A stretch of DNA of 64,000 nt from an uncultured Acidobacteriota bacterium (GCA_963804995.1 CAWDSK010000006.1:1280001-1344000); one strand, 5' to 3'. Shown: positions 9,207-20,229, counted from the first letter of the stretch. Made by a program: numbers and translations. The notes: generated by a model not told the origin, from the letters alone.

Positions 9207-11696
9207 TCAATGCACCACGGCCAGCAGGTTTTCCTCATCGATAGCCACGCGAGAGGGTTTCCGCGTAACGGTGAATTTAAAGCGGCCGCCATTCTGGTTG
9301 ACCGCCACGCTTCCCAGCCTGATCCGTTTGTTCGCATAAACGGCCACGACCGGCACCAGCATCTCAAAATCTTCGGGAGCATCGCTTTGTGCAATCGACC
9401 CTTCGACAACGTATTTGTCGCTAGCGAGGGGACGGACGTCGGACTGGATCCGATAAGTTGGGACCCCAGTTTCATAAACCCACTCCTCAAAGAACCAATC
9501 CAGATTGTGCGCCTTTTCCAGATCGCTCTCAGCCACCATGTATTTCTCAGCATGATGGATGAAGTCTGCGGTGGAGACAGACTGGCCTTGGTACTTGCTA
9601 GTGAAGTCGCGGAGCATCCGGAAAAACCGTTCGTCAGAACCAGTTTTAGGATCAGTCATGATCACTCTTAGCATATGGAGAACCCAGCAGGCCTTCTTGT
9701 AAACGATGCTCGCGTATCCCTGGGGATCCACCGAACTCGAAAGCCTTTGCCCGAGCCACATGGGGCCACCGGATTCAACAGTCTTCCCTTCCGCAGTCTT
9801 GGCCAGAAGATCAGACTTGTAGGAACGCATGAGGTCGCGGAATTGCCGGTCGCCATCCTTTTGTCGAGCCAGGAAAAGCGCCGCCGCGTAGCTGGCGAGC
9901 CCTTCTGAAAGCCATTGGTCGTGATATGTCTGCCATCCCAGGAGGTTCCCCCACCACTGATGAGCCACCTCATGCGCGATAACAACCGGTCCCAAAGGGT
10001 CGCTTCCTCCCTTCTGGGGAACCAACTCGTCACGCTCCGCCTTGGGAAGAAAGGTGAGCGTAGGCAAGTACACAAGCTCCGGCCATCCTTGGCCAAAGTT
10101 CCCCGGGGCTTGCGCCAGGGCCACATGGGGATAAGGAAAAGGACCGAATACCGTGGAAAGGTAACTCACCGCATCAGCAGCGGTTTGCGCCACGTTGCCA
10201 AGAAGTGCTGAGGGTGTGAGGGGCAAGGGAATTTGGGGAACGTCAGAGAGCGTGCCGGTGCTGCCACCGCGTCTTCCGAGAGGGGCCGCCGGTGGAACCT
10301 CCTCCGCTGCTTCCCGCCGTTTTTCGAGCGAAGTTTCGGCTTCGCGCGCGGCATATACCGTCACCTGCGTCTTTCCCGCCTGCCGGGCAACGGAAAAATA
10401 GGGGCCGAGGTTGAATCCCGCCACCCGAAAGATACCGTCGGAGCGCCAGCGGCTCTCCTGCCAACCTTCCGACGATTTCTCCTCAACGCGCGTGCCGGTC
10501 GCCACCAACGTCAGTTTTTCCGGGTAATGAAAGGTGAGATCGTAGAGTGATGAATCGCCCACATCCAGATTGGGGTACCAGCTTCCCCGCGCGCCCACGT
10601 AAAGCACGCCATTACCAACGTCCATTATGACGTTGCCGTGATATTTGAAGTTCAGGCGAAAACGTTCGCCCGCCGGATGGGCCTCAGGCAGAACAATCTC
10701 AACGTGGTTGTAAGCTCGGGCCTCGGGCGGCGGTTCTCCCCCCGCGGGGTTTTCGACAACCAGAATGTTTCGTCCGCGGTCGTCCTCGACCTCTGAGACC
10801 GCAAGCCAGCGTGAGAGCTCAAACGAAAGGACGCGGTCGGTCGAGGAAAGCGACTCGAGTTGAACCTCAGCGCGACCTTCCAGACTGTGATCCGGATGAA
10901 TGCGTATATCCAGCGTATAAGAGACTGGCCTGGCGGGGCCCCGCTCGAGCGTTGCCGCCCTCGCCTGAGAAGTCTGAGTCGGGAAGGAGCACCAGACATC
11001 TGTGAACACATGGGATCCCACCGTTCGATTCGCGATCACACTGAGTGCTTCGGTCTGGCGCTCATCATCCATGACCTCAAACACTCCCAGATTTTCTCCG
11101 TGCACACGCGCGTAGAAGTAAGGGTGGCTGCGATCACCGAGCAAATCCATGAGGATGCGCGCGGAGATTGAGATATCCGTCTGCTTCACGGCAGCGGCCC
11201 ACTGTTCCACAAACTCGTCGGGCTGGTCTGGATCATCCGGGTCAGGCTTGTTCGACGCCGCCAGAAGCTCCCGGGCAGTCTGATCGGTAAAGCTCATGTA
11301 AACAAATTCAAAAGCCTCCTCCAGAATGGAGGCGTGGGTGAATTGCGCGAGGTTCCGCTTCTCCGCCGGGGTGGGCGGTATCAATAAGATTTCTCCCTCC
11401 CCCGAAAAAACCGCCCCCGTAATCTCCCCACCCGTTTTGGTTAGAAAAGCTATGAAACCGCGGTTGAAATAGAGACTCATCCTGTCCCGGGTAATTCGGC
11501 AGTTGCGGATGGCATATACCTGGGTGCGATCGAGGGTGGAACTGTTCAACTGTTTCAGAAGTTCGCGCGGGTCAGGGGGCTGCTGCGCTCGGCTCGGGAG
11601 CGGGCAGAGGGAGCACGCAAGCAGGAGGAACGCGGGAAGTGCGAAGTTCCAATGTTTCCAACGGTGCTGCTGAGATTCTGTTGCCGGATCTTCCAT
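9207..11696 (-). CDS. M1-family zinc aminopeptidase, exported
   Basis: HEVAHQWWG...WLSEGLA, YKKACWVLHMLR; start uncertain (11696 or 11753). Confidence 0.88.
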   Translation of the reverse strand: MEDPATESQQHRWKHWNFALPAFLLLACSLCPLPSRAQQPPDPRELLKQLNSSTLDRTQVYAIRNCRITRDRMSLYFNRGFIAFLTKTGGEITGAVFSGEGEILLIPPTPAEKRNLAQFTHASILEEAFEFVYMSFTDQTARELLAASNKPDPDDPDQPDEFVEQWAAAVKQTDISISARILMDLLGDRSHPYFYARVHGENLGVFEVMDDERQTEALSVIANRTVGSHVFTDVWCSFPTQTSQARAATLERGPARPVSYTLDIRIHPDHSLEGRAEVQLESLSSTDRVLSFELSRWLAVSEVEDDRGRNILVVENPAGGEPPPEARAYNHVEIVLPEAHPAGERFRLNFKYHGNVIMDVGNGVLYVGARGSWYPNLDVGDSSLYDLTFHYPEKLTLVATGTRVEEKSSEGWQESRWRSDGIFRVAGFNLGPYFSVARQAGKTQVTVYAAREAETSLEKRREAAEEVPPAAPLGRRGGSTGTLSDVPQIPLPLTPSALLGNVAQTAADAVSYLSTVFGPFPYPHVALAQAPGNFGQGWPELVYLPTLTFLPKAERDELVPQKGGSDPLGPVVIAHEVAHQWWGNLLGWQTYHDQWLSEGLASYAAALFLARQKDGDRQFRDLMRSYKSDLLAKTAEGKTVESGGPMWLGQRLSSSVDPQGYASIVYKKACWVLHMLRVIMTDPKTGSDERFFRMLRDFTSKYQGQSVSTADFIHHAEKYMVAESDLEKAHNLDWFFEEWVYETGVPTYRIQSDVRPLASDKYVVEGSIAQSDAPEDFEMLVPVVAVYANKRIRLGSVAVNQNGGRFKFTVTRKPSRVAIDEENLLAVVH

Positions 11697-11775
11697 GCTA
11701 CAACCCTCCCAATTCCTTCTCCTACTGTAACGCGGAACTGGAAATCCCCTCAACTCGACGGGGCCCGCAGCACTG

Positions 11776-13281
11776 TTGTATGATGCCAGGAGGATGCCAG
11801 GGCGCCAAACGAATCGAGTTCGCGTCGCCGGCTGTAAGGCGGCCCGGGGGGCATGGATATTCCTGCCCCTTCTGTTCCTCCTTTTCCCTTCCCTCCTCCG
11901 GGCGGATATTATCTATCTAAAGAACGGCCGGAAGATTGTTGCTCGCGTCACCAAAGAAGATGAGAAACAGGTCTTTTACGAGTTGGGCAGCGGGGAATTC
12001 GCGCTGTCGAAAACCCTGGTGGACCACGTCGAAAAATCGGATGTCCCGGCCGCTTCGCTCCAGCAGGATATACCTCGGGCCGGCCGCGATCTGGCGTTGC
12101 CGCTTTCCGCGCTGGCCGACACACCTGTGGAGGAAGGATCGAAGCTCATCCACGACGGCCGCGTCGATGAGGCCTATCTCACGGAACTGGCCGACAACGC
12201 AGGCCGCAACCCCTCACCCGAAAACCTTCACCAGCTCAAGCTAGCGTACCAGCAGACAGCGGTTTTTCTGACCCGCAAAGGTAACCCGGAAGCTGCCATT
12301 CAAAAATATCGTGAGGCGCTCCAGCACTTCCCTCACGACCAGGCCTTGCTGCTCGCCCTGGGCTACCTTTTGACGAAGCAGGACCACGATCTGGAAGCCG
12401 TTGACCTGCTTTTGCCGGAAGCCGACGCGCACCCAAGAGCGCCAGACTTCCATGTGCTGTTGGGCTCCGCCTTCTATGGAATGGAAAACCTTGACCAAGC
12501 CATCGCGGAATGGAACAAGGCTCTCGCATTGGTGAATAATCCCCCCCTGCGCGAAGTCGTCGAGAGGGTTGAACACGAGCGGGAGGTTTCAGGTTCCTAC
12601 TCCGAACTGCGCAGCGAACACTTCCTGCTTCGCTATGAGGGCCAAACCGCCGAAAGGCTGAGCGGCGACATTCTGAACAGCCTGGATGGCTCCTTTCAAA
12701 ACCTGGTGCTTGACCTCGACTATTCTCCTTCGGAAATCATCATCGCCATTCTCTACCCTCGGCAGGCCTTCAGCGACATTACCCGGTCGCCCGCCTGGGT
12801 GGGGGCGTTGAACGATGGCAAGATTCGTATTCCCATCTCCGGCCTCTCCGTGATGACGGCGGACCTCGCCCGCGTCCTGAAACATGAGCTGACCCACTCC
12901 TTCGTTCGCCAGATTACTTTGGGGCATTGTCCGACCTGGTTCAATGAGGGCCTGGCCCAACTCGAGGAAGGCTCCACCACCGCAGCGCTGGGAAGCCAGT
13001 TGGCCCGGGCGATGGCCGCCGGAAAAATCCCTGCCTTCACATCACTCGAAGGGTCCTTTGTGAACCTGCCACCAGACCAGGTGGTCCTGGCTTATGCCAA
13101 ATCTCTTGCCGCGCTCGAATACCTTCGCGACACTTTCGGCATGGGAGAGGTTCGCCGCATGTTAACCCTCATGCCCTCCACGGGCGACTTCAATATCATC
13201 CTGCAAAACGAGATTCGCATGAGTTATCCCGCCTTCGAAGAGGAAGTCGCAAACTACATCGTGAAGAAGTATGGGTCGTAG
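11776..13281 (+). CDS. TPR protein with C-terminal MA-clan metallopeptidase domain
   Basis: Signal peptide, DIIYLKNGR, TPR helices, HELTH...PTWFNEGLAQ. Confidence 0.85.
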   Translation: MYDARRMPGRQTNRVRVAGCKAARGAWIFLPLLFLLFPSLLRADIIYLKNGRKIVARVTKEDEKQVFYELGSGEFALSKTLVDHVEKSDVPAASLQQDIPRAGRDLALPLSALADTPVEEGSKLIHDGRVDEAYLTELADNAGRNPSPENLHQLKLAYQQTAVFLTRKGNPEAAIQKYREALQHFPHDQALLLALGYLLTKQDHDLEAVDLLLPEADAHPRAPDFHVLLGSAFYGMENLDQAIAEWNKALALVNNPPLREVVERVEHEREVSGSYSELRSEHFLLRYEGQTAERLSGDILNSLDGSFQNLVLDLDYSPSEIIIAILYPRQAFSDITRSPAWVGALNDGKIRIPISGLSVMTADLARVLKHELTHSFVRQITLGHCPTWFNEGLAQLEEGSTTAALGSQLARAMAAGKIPAFTSLEGSFVNLPPDQVVLAYAKSLAALEYLRDTFGMGEVRRMLTLMPSTGDFNIILQNEIRMSYPAFEEEVANYIVKKYGS

Positions 13282-13303
13282 GGGAGGCGCGAAGGGTGGA
13301 CGG

Positions 13304-13332
13304 TTGACAACCTCTCAGGCAGGCCCTAGACT
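13304..13332 (+). promoter_or_regulatory. Sigma70 promoter of the TA operon (probably leaderless)
   Basis: TTGACA-17 bp-TAGACT; ATG begins after a 6-nt gap. Confidence 0.75.
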
Positions 13333-13338
13333 TCAACC

Positions 13339-13578
13339 ATGGAAGTACCCCTTAACCCCGCAGTGCAAGCCAAGCTCGCACGCCTAGCTGCTGAGTGCGG
13401 CCGCGACGCCCAAGCGCTGGCAAGAGAAGCCATTGAGCGTTTCGTGGACTACGACGAGTGGTTTGTCAAAGAGGTAGAAAAGGGCTTGGCGCAAATCGCC
13501 CGGGGCGAAGTGCTGACCCATGAGGAAGTGGGAGTGCGCCTCGAAAAGTCGCTGACTGAAAAGCAGTCCCGCGCATGA
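13339..13578 (+). CDS. CopG/RHH antitoxin
   Basis: AREAIERFV..EWFVKEVEKGLAQ..GEVLTHEEV; overlaps the toxin start (ATGA). Confidence 0.88.
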   Translation: MEVPLNPAVQAKLARLAAECGRDAQALAREAIERFVDYDEWFVKEVEKGLAQIARGEVLTHEEVGVRLEKSLTEKQSRA

Positions 13579-13856
13579 AAAGGGAGCTTCGCTGGGCAGA
13601 GGAAGCTGCCGCTGACCTGGAACACATCACTGATTATCTGTTTCAGAACGCGCCGGAACGGGCCGCCGAACTGGTACGTGGAATTTACAATGCGCCCGCT
13701 GAGTTGCTGACGTTCCCCTATCGCGGGCGTGTGGGTAGAAAAGAAGGCACGCGCGAGCTCGTGCTTTCCTCGCTTCCCTATGTGGTAGTCTACCAACTCA
13801 CCCGCGAGGTCGTGCACGTTGTACGCATCCTGCATGGCGCCCAGAAATGGCCTTAA
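13575..13856 (+). CDS. RelE/ParE-family toxin
   Basis: WAEEAAADLEHI, FPYRGRVGR..GTRELV, RILHGAQKWP. Confidence 0.92.
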   Translation: MKRELRWAEEAAADLEHITDYLFQNAPERAAELVRGIYNAPAELLTFPYRGRVGRKEGTRELVLSSLPYVVVYQLTREVVHVVRILHGAQKWP

Positions 13857-14013
13857 GAAACCTGCCGCAGATTAGCGGGTTATTTTGTGGAGCCCCCAAC
13901 CCTCCATCCCGGGGACGCGCGGGAGTCTAGGTGTCATCGACCATCGTCACGGGAAGGTTCAGCAAGGCGAAGGCGACGGTCAGGACTGCGCCAACCGTGG
14001 ATCCCCCCTGAGT

Positions 14014-14764
14014 TCATTCCAGAAGACCCTTCTCCTTCACATCCTGAGCGGCTTGCAGCACATGCTCCGGTCTGCCGAGATCACGCCAATAGTATTCATC
14101 GGCCCGAAAGGCGAGGATTTTCCCTTCGTGGGCTGCAAGCCGCAGATAAGTAGTAATGATCGAGAAGGCGCCTTCTTCAGTCATCATCGCCAGCAGACGC
14201 GGAGAAATAACGTGGATGCCGCCAAAACCCAGAGCTTGCAACTGGGGTGAGGGGCGCACGAGTTCAGGGTTTTCGTCACGCCCGACCCGGCGGCCACAAA
14301 GCTGGAGATGCTCGTCAAAGAGAAGGTATCGCGAAGCCTCCCGGTCTTTCACCGCCAGAGTGGCGAGGGCCTGTTTTTCGGTATGAAATTGCACCATGCG
14401 CCCGAGATCGATCGTGCTGATCACATCGACATTGTGCAGAATGAACGGCTCTGCCACGCGCTTAGAATCCTCGAGGAAAAACCAGGCGGCCTTCTTCAAC
14501 CCGCCGCCGGTGTCGAGCAAGACTTCCTCGCGAGAGACCTCGATGCGCATGCCGAAGTTGTGGTTCGTTTCGAGATATCTCGAGAATCATTCCGGCGAAG
14601 TGATGCACATTGATGATCACCTCGCGAATCCCGAAGTCGCGCAACCGGGAAAGGGTGATCTCCAGCAGCGTGCGGCCGGCGATTTCCACCAGCGCCTTGG
14701 GGCGATCATCGGTAAGTGGCCGCAAGCGCGTCCCCAGGCCGGCGGCCAGAATCATCGCTTTCAT
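14014..14764 (-). CDS. MurU-like sugar-phosphate nucleotidyltransferase, split by one +1 frameshift near 14578
   Basis: MKAMILAAGLGTRLRPLT..PKAL in one frame; DTGGGL, HNVD, WRDLG in the other; removing one base restores MILEYLETNHNFGMRI. Confidence 0.88.
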
Positions 14765-16188
14765 TTGCCCAGGTTCTCCAACTCCAGATGCCGCACCACC
14801 ACCTCTACGCCAGTCCTGCCGCGCAAATGGGCCGCCAATTGCTCAGCCAGATATACTGAGCGATGCTGGCCGCCGGTGCAGCCAAACGACACCATCAGGT
14901 TCTGGAAGCCGCGACGCTGATAACTGCTCACGCTCGAATCCACCAGCGACAGGACGATCGAGAGGAATTGGCGCACGCTCTCTTCCTGGTTGAGGTAATC
15001 GATCACCGGCGCGTCCTTTCCGGTGAGAGGCTTGAAGCGCTCTTCCCGTCCGGGATTGGGAAGGCTACGGGCATCAAAAACAAACCCGCCACCGTGCCCG
15101 GTCCCGTCCTTCGGCAGGTCGTGGTGAAATGAAAAACTGAAAATCCGCACCGTGAGATTTCCTGTTCCGGAGGCCAGACCCTGCAACTTCTCCGAGCCCA
15201 GCATGCTTTGGAAGGCGCCCACGAGCGTCGGCAGCGGGATCGGCAACTGGACGTGGTGCAACAACCAGCGCAGGGATTTCAGCGCGTACGGCACGCTTTC
15301 GAGGAAATGTGCTTTGCGCTCGTAGAAGCCGCGGAATCCATAAGCGCCCAACGCCTGCATGATGCGGACGTAAACGTAGGCATAGTAGTGCTGCATGAAC
15401 ACTTCGCGCTCCAGCTTGATGAAACCGGCAAGCTGGTCAAGATAGTAATCGAGCAATTGCTGGCGCAGTTCCGGAGGCAAGTCGGCCTTGCCGTCATACA
15501 AAAGTGAGGCGATGTCATATTGCAGGGCGCCGCGGCGGCCGCCCTGGTAGTCCACAAAAAAGGGCTGGCCGGTGCGCCACATAACATTGCGGGATTGGAA
15601 ATCGCGGTAGAGAAAATAGTTGCGGTCGGCGCTCAACAAGAACTTTGTCAAATGGCCGAAATCGACTTCCAGAGCTTGTTCGTTGAAGGGAATGCCGGCG
15701 AGCCTGAGAAAGTAGTACTTGAAGTAATTCAGATCCCAAGCGATGGATTGGCGATCGAAGCTCGAACGCGGATAGCACACCTTGTAATTCAAATCGCGGC
15801 CGGCTTCGATTTGAAAGCGTGGCAAGACGGCAACAACCTGGCGATAGGCTTCGACCGCCTCGGGAGCGATATTCTCGCCGGCCCGATGTTTCGAGAGAAA
15901 CTCAAAGAGCGTTGTGTCCCCAAGGTCCTCTTCGAGGTAAGCCCCGTGACTTAAATCTTCAGCATAAATTTCCGGCACGGGCAGGCCGTGGCGGCGAAAA
16001 TGCCGGGAAAACTCGAGGAAGGCAACGTTCTCCTCGCGTACGTTGTACAGAATGCCGATAGCGCTGAAGGTTTCACTGGTCAGGCGGATGATCTTGCGCC
16101 CCGAACCGCCCAGTTGGCCCTGCAGCGACTGCACCCGTTCCACGGGTGTGTGGAAATGCTGCTCAAAAAGTTGGGTGAGAGCGTTCAT
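14761..16188 (-). CDS. AmgK-like aminoglycoside-phosphotransferase-family kinase fused to RapZ C-terminal domain
   Basis: YRDFQSRNVM, DYQGG; C-terminal FVFDARSLPNP and FGCTGGQHRSV. Confidence 0.88.
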   Translation of the reverse strand: MNALTQLFEQHFHTPVERVQSLQGQLGGSGRKIIRLTSETFSAIGILYNVREENVAFLEFSRHFRRHGLPVPEIYAEDLSHGAYLEEDLGDTTLFEFLSKHRAGENIAPEAVEAYRQVVAVLPRFQIEAGRDLNYKVCYPRSSFDRQSIAWDLNYFKYYFLRLAGIPFNEQALEVDFGHLTKFLLSADRNYFLYRDFQSRNVMWRTGQPFFVDYQGGRRGALQYDIASLLYDGKADLPPELRQQLLDYYLDQLAGFIKLEREVFMQHYYAYVYVRIMQALGAYGFRGFYERKAHFLESVPYALKSLRWLLHHVQLPIPLPTLVGAFQSMLGSEKLQGLASGTGNLTVRIFSFSFHHDLPKDGTGHGGGFVFDARSLPNPGREERFKPLTGKDAPVIDYLNQEESVRQFLSIVLSLVDSSVSSYQRRGFQNLMVSFGCTGGQHRSVYLAEQLAAHLRGRTGVEVVVRHLELENLGK

Positions 16189-16266
16189 GAAGATGATTTC
16201 CAGCGATTCAGTTTCCAGCTAGCCAGGGATCGAGAATCCCCAAGGCAAAGTCCGTAATCAACCCTG

Positions 16267-17409
16267 CTAAAGCGTCGCCAACAGCGCGGCCAGCAGGGCG
16301 GCGCGGGGGGGCAACTCGCGAATGATGATGTGCTCGTGGCGGGCGTGGGCCCCGTCTCCGGTTGCTCCCAGGCCGTCGAGGGTGGGGATCCCCAGGGCGG
16401 CGGTAAAGTTGCCATCAGAGCCTCCTCCGGTCGAGGCTTCCTTCAGGTCCAGGCCCATCTGACGCCCCAACTCGCGGGCCTTGCGAAACAGGGCAATCGC
16501 CATCTTCCGTTCCATGGGCGGGCGATTGACGCCGCCCGTGATTTCCAATTTGGCTTCACGGTTGACGGGTCGCAAGGCCCGCATTTGCCTCTCGATCAAT
16601 TCTCGGTCACGCGCCGTGGGCACGCGCACATCAACCCACGCCGTGGCAAGCTCCGGAATCACATTCGAGCGTGTTCCGCCCTCAACCACATCCACATTGA
16701 CGGTCAGCCCGCGTCCGGGGCGCGCCAACTTTTCAATCCGCAAGATCTGCCGGGCCAGTTCCGAAATCGCATTGACCCCGGCCGAGGGATTAATCCCGGC
16801 ATGGGCGGAGCGGCCATGCGCTGTGACCTTGAAATCTCCCACCCCTTTGCGGGCCGTCTTGATTGCACCCTGCGCTGCGGCGGGCTCAAGCACCAGCACG
16901 GCGCGGGCCCGACGAGCTTCAGCGAGCAATTCTTCGCGAAAGGCAAAGCTTGACACTTCCTCATCGGCGTTCAGGAAGAATCGCACCGGGCTTGACGGAG
17001 TTATTCTCAACGCGGTAAGGGCCTGGACCGCCCAGAGGCCTGCGATCATGCCGGCTTTCATGTCGAGGATGCCCGGCCCGTACGCGCGTCCGGCCTTGAC
17101 TCGAAACGGCATTCTAGCCAGCGTGCCGATCTCCCAAACGGTATCGAGGTGGCCGAGCACGAGGATCGGCTTCTGCCCGCGCGCCTGCCCCCAGAACTCC
17201 GCCACCACGGCTGAGCCCGCCGTGGCGTGGTCTAGCAATTTCACTTTCGCGCCGCGCCTTTCGAACTCCTTGGCAAAGAAGTCGGCCATGCGGTCGATGG
17301 CAGCCTTGTTCTGGCTCGGTGATTCAATCTCCACCGCCCGCCGCAAGCACTCCAGAAGCACGTCAGTTTCCGACTTGCAGTACGCAAGCAATCCTTTGGG
17401 GTCGGCCAC
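16267..17409 (-). CDS. M20 metallopeptidase (glutamate carboxypeptidase-like)
   Basis: GHLDTV, DMKAG, DEE, GRSAHAG, GGGSDGNF, GAHA. Confidence 0.93.
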   Translation of the reverse strand: MADPKGLLAYCKSETDVLLECLRRAVEIESPSQNKAAIDRMADFFAKEFERRGAKVKLLDHATAGSAVVAEFWGQARGQKPILVLGHLDTVWEIGTLARMPFRVKAGRAYGPGILDMKAGMIAGLWAVQALTALRITPSSPVRFFLNADEEVSSFAFREELLAEARRARAVLVLEPAAAQGAIKTARKGVGDFKVTAHGRSAHAGINPSAGVNAISELARQILRIEKLARPGRGLTVNVDVVEGGTRSNVIPELATAWVDVRVPTARDRELIERQMRALRPVNREAKLEITGGVNRPPMERKMAIALFRKARELGRQMGLDLKEASTGGGSDGNFTAALGIPTLDGLGATGDGAHARHEHIIIRELPPRAALLAALLATL

Positions 17410-17621
17410 GATTCCTCCCAGGTCAAGCCGCGTTACGAACCCAGCCCTTCCGCGCAGCAGATTCTATCACGCTCTGCCGTGGGCGCGTCTTCAGGCCTCG
17501 CCGTCATGTTCCTGTAACCTTCCGTGGCCCAAAGTGAGCCCTATATGATCGGGATAATATATTTCTCACTAGCAATAACCAAGGTTCCATCTTATTCTAG
17601 GTTCTCCGGAATTTCCCTCAA

Positions 17622-19817
17622 TTGTCAGGAGAGACCGCCAAATTGAGCAAAGTCTCCTTCGCGCTCGTCATTCATTCACATCAGCCGGTAGGAAACTTTG
17701 ACCACGTGATCGAAGACGCCTACCAGAAGGCCTATGCGCCTTTCGTGCGTGCCCTCCTCAAGCACCCACGCATCCGCATGAGCCTGCATTTCTCGGGCAT
17801 TCTGCTGGCGTGGCTGGAAAAGCATCATCCGGAATACTTCCGGCAACTCCGCGAACTCGTGGATCGCAGCCAGATTGAGATGGTGGGCGGCGGCTTCTAC
17901 GAGCCTATCCTGCCCATGATTCCCGACGTGGATAAAGTCGCGCAGCTTCGCAGGCTGGCCAGCTACATCCAAGGTCACTTTGGCGCGGCGCCCTCTGGGG
18001 CGTGGATTGCCGAGCGCGTTTGGGAGCCCACGCTCGCGCGCCCCCTGGCCGAGGCCGGGGTGGAATACGTGGTGCTGGACGACACTCACTTCCTGGCCGC
18101 GGGCTTGCAGCCCTGGCAACTGCGCGGCAGTTACATAACTGAAGAAGATGGTCACCCCTTGCGTTTGGTGCCCAGCCTGAAATCTCTGCGCTACACGATT
18201 CCCTTTCAGGAACCGGCGGAGACGGTGCGCATCCTGCGTGAGGGAGTGGCCCAGGCCGACGCTCTTTTTGCCATGGGCGACGATTGCGAAAAATTCGGCG
18301 TGTGGCCGGGAACCTACGAGCACGTTTACACGCAGGGCTGGCTGGAGCGATTCCTCACGACGATTGAAAGTAGCCAGGATTGGCTTGAGACCACGACGGT
18401 TTCTGATTATCTCCGCTCGCACCCTCCCCTGGGGCGCATCTATCTCCCCACCGCCTCCTATGCGGAGATGATGGAGTGGGCGCTCCCCCCCACGGCTTCG
18501 TCAGATTTCAAAGCCTGCATGGAAGAAGTTGAACACTTGCCCCATGGCGAGCGGTTCCAGCGCTTCCTGCGGGGAGGTTTGTGGCGCAACTTCTTAAGCA
18601 AGTACCCCGAGGCCAATCAGATTCAGAAACAAGTGCTGGGCGTGAGTCATCGCCTGCAAAAGCTGCGGGGGTCCGCGGCCGGTGGGAATGAGAAAGCCGA
18701 TTTGCTGGCGGAGGCCGAGACGCACCTTCTGGCCGCGCAGTGTAATGACCCGTATTGGCACGGCGTATTTGGCGGCCTCTACGCACCCCACCTGCGCAGC
18801 GCGAATCTGCGCCAACTCATCCAGGCCGAGTCCCGGCTCGATCGTGCCGAAGGCCGCGGCGCCGATTCCAAACCTGAGATCGTGACCACGGACTTCGACA
18901 TGGACGGCCAGGATGAGATTCTCATTAATCAGAATCCTGCCGGTATGACTCTGCGCCCGGCGGACGGCGGCACCGTTTCAAGCCTGCGCTTCAAGCCTGC
19001 GGATGTTGAGCTGGTTAATTCCCTGATGCGGCGTCCGGAACCCTACCACGCGCTGGTCAGGAAGCAGGTGGCCTCCAAGGAATCGCCCCGCGAGGGCCCG
19101 GCTTCCATCCATGACCAGGTGCTCAGCAAGGAAGCGCACCTGGATGCCTTGCTTCGCTACGACCGTTACGCGCGGCACAATTTCCGCACCTACCTTTTCC
19201 CCAGCGCCAGGAATTGGAAGGATTTTGAATTCCTTCGCCTGGAGGAGAATGAGAGCCTGGCGCGGGACGCCTGGAACGCGACCACTATCAAATCCTCTGC
19301 GGCCATCATCGAGCTGCGTAACAGCGCTCAAGTCCGCGTAAACGGCTGCGAGATGCGGGTCGAGGCGCTCAAGACCCTGACTTCCAAAACCTCTGGTTCG
19401 ACCTGGCAGCTCGAATGCCGCTCTTCGCTTTCCACCGACCGTTCCTGCCCGGGGGGATTGGCCACGGGGCTGGAGTTGGTCCTGAACCTTCTGGCGCCCG
19501 ATGCCACGGACAGATATTTCCAGGCCAATGAAGTTCGGCGCCCACTGGAATTCCGGGGGGAAATCGATTCTGCCAAACTGCTGCTGGTGGACGAGTGGCA
19601 ACGCGTCCAGATCACCCTGCAAGCGCGGCCCCAAGCCCGCTGGTGGATCGTGCCAATTGAAACCATTTCGCAATCTGAACTGGGATTCGAGCGCGTGTAT
19701 CAGGGTTCGGCGATCCTCGTGGTTTGGAAAATCGATCCTCCCTCCTGGCGTAACATGACTTGTGCGCTGCAAATGGAAATCACGCCCTGGGAGAAGACAA
19801 TCACCGACACGGAGTGA
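17622..19817 (+). CDS. GH57 4-alpha-glucanotransferase/alpha-amylase
   Basis: HSHQPVGN, WIAERVWEP, DDCEKFGVWPGT, QCNDPYWHGVFGGLY, FERVYQGS. Confidence 0.94.
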   Translation: MSGETAKLSKVSFALVIHSHQPVGNFDHVIEDAYQKAYAPFVRALLKHPRIRMSLHFSGILLAWLEKHHPEYFRQLRELVDRSQIEMVGGGFYEPILPMIPDVDKVAQLRRLASYIQGHFGAAPSGAWIAERVWEPTLARPLAEAGVEYVVLDDTHFLAAGLQPWQLRGSYITEEDGHPLRLVPSLKSLRYTIPFQEPAETVRILREGVAQADALFAMGDDCEKFGVWPGTYEHVYTQGWLERFLTTIESSQDWLETTTVSDYLRSHPPLGRIYLPTASYAEMMEWALPPTASSDFKACMEEVEHLPHGERFQRFLRGGLWRNFLSKYPEANQIQKQVLGVSHRLQKLRGSAAGGNEKADLLAEAETHLLAAQCNDPYWHGVFGGLYAPHLRSANLRQLIQAESRLDRAEGRGADSKPEIVTTDFDMDGQDEILINQNPAGMTLRPADGGTVSSLRFKPADVELVNSLMRRPEPYHALVRKQVASKESPREGPASIHDQVLSKEAHLDALLRYDRYARHNFRTYLFPSARNWKDFEFLRLEENESLARDAWNATTIKSSAAIIELRNSAQVRVNGCEMRVEALKTLTSKTSGSTWQLECRSSLSTDRSCPGGLATGLELVLNLLAPDATDRYFQANEVRRPLEFRGEIDSAKLLLVDEWQRVQITLQARPQARWWIVPIETISQSELGFERVYQGSAILVVWKIDPPSWRNMTCALQMEITPWEKTITDTE

Positions 19818-19923
19818 GGTATGAGGCAGCTTGAATTCACTCCAGGCGTTTGCTAGATTCCTGGGATTGGCCCCGATCACCAATTTGAAATGAACGCGCT
19901 ATCGGGGCGAGGGAGGTTTTGGG

Positions 19924-20097
19924 ATGGCGGTATCTCAAGAATTGCTCGATATCCTGGTCTGCCCGGCCTGTAAGGTGGCGGTCAAGCTCACCCCGGATGG
20001 CCAGGGGCTGAAGTGCAGCCAGTGCCGGCGCGTTTACCCTATCAACGACGATATCCCCGTCATGCTCATTGACGAAGCCAAAGTTGAACCGGAGTGA
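19924..20097 (+). CDS. Trm112/YcaR-family protein (below the ORF-track size cutoff)
   Basis: Manual translation MAVSQELLDILVCPACK...CSQCRRVYPINDDIPVMLIDEA; GGAGG upstream. Confidence 0.92.
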   Translation: MAVSQELLDILVCPACKVAVKLTPDGQGLKCSQCRRVYPINDDIPVMLIDEAKVEPE

Positions 20098-20229
20098 GGT
20101 CCAGGATACGGGGTACGGGAAACGGGATACGGGAATCGTGACCCTGGCTTGGCCCCGAAACGTAGCATTTGACAGATGGCGTGCCCCGTATCCCGGACCG
20201 CGAGTGGCTAATTCGGAATCCCTAACCGT

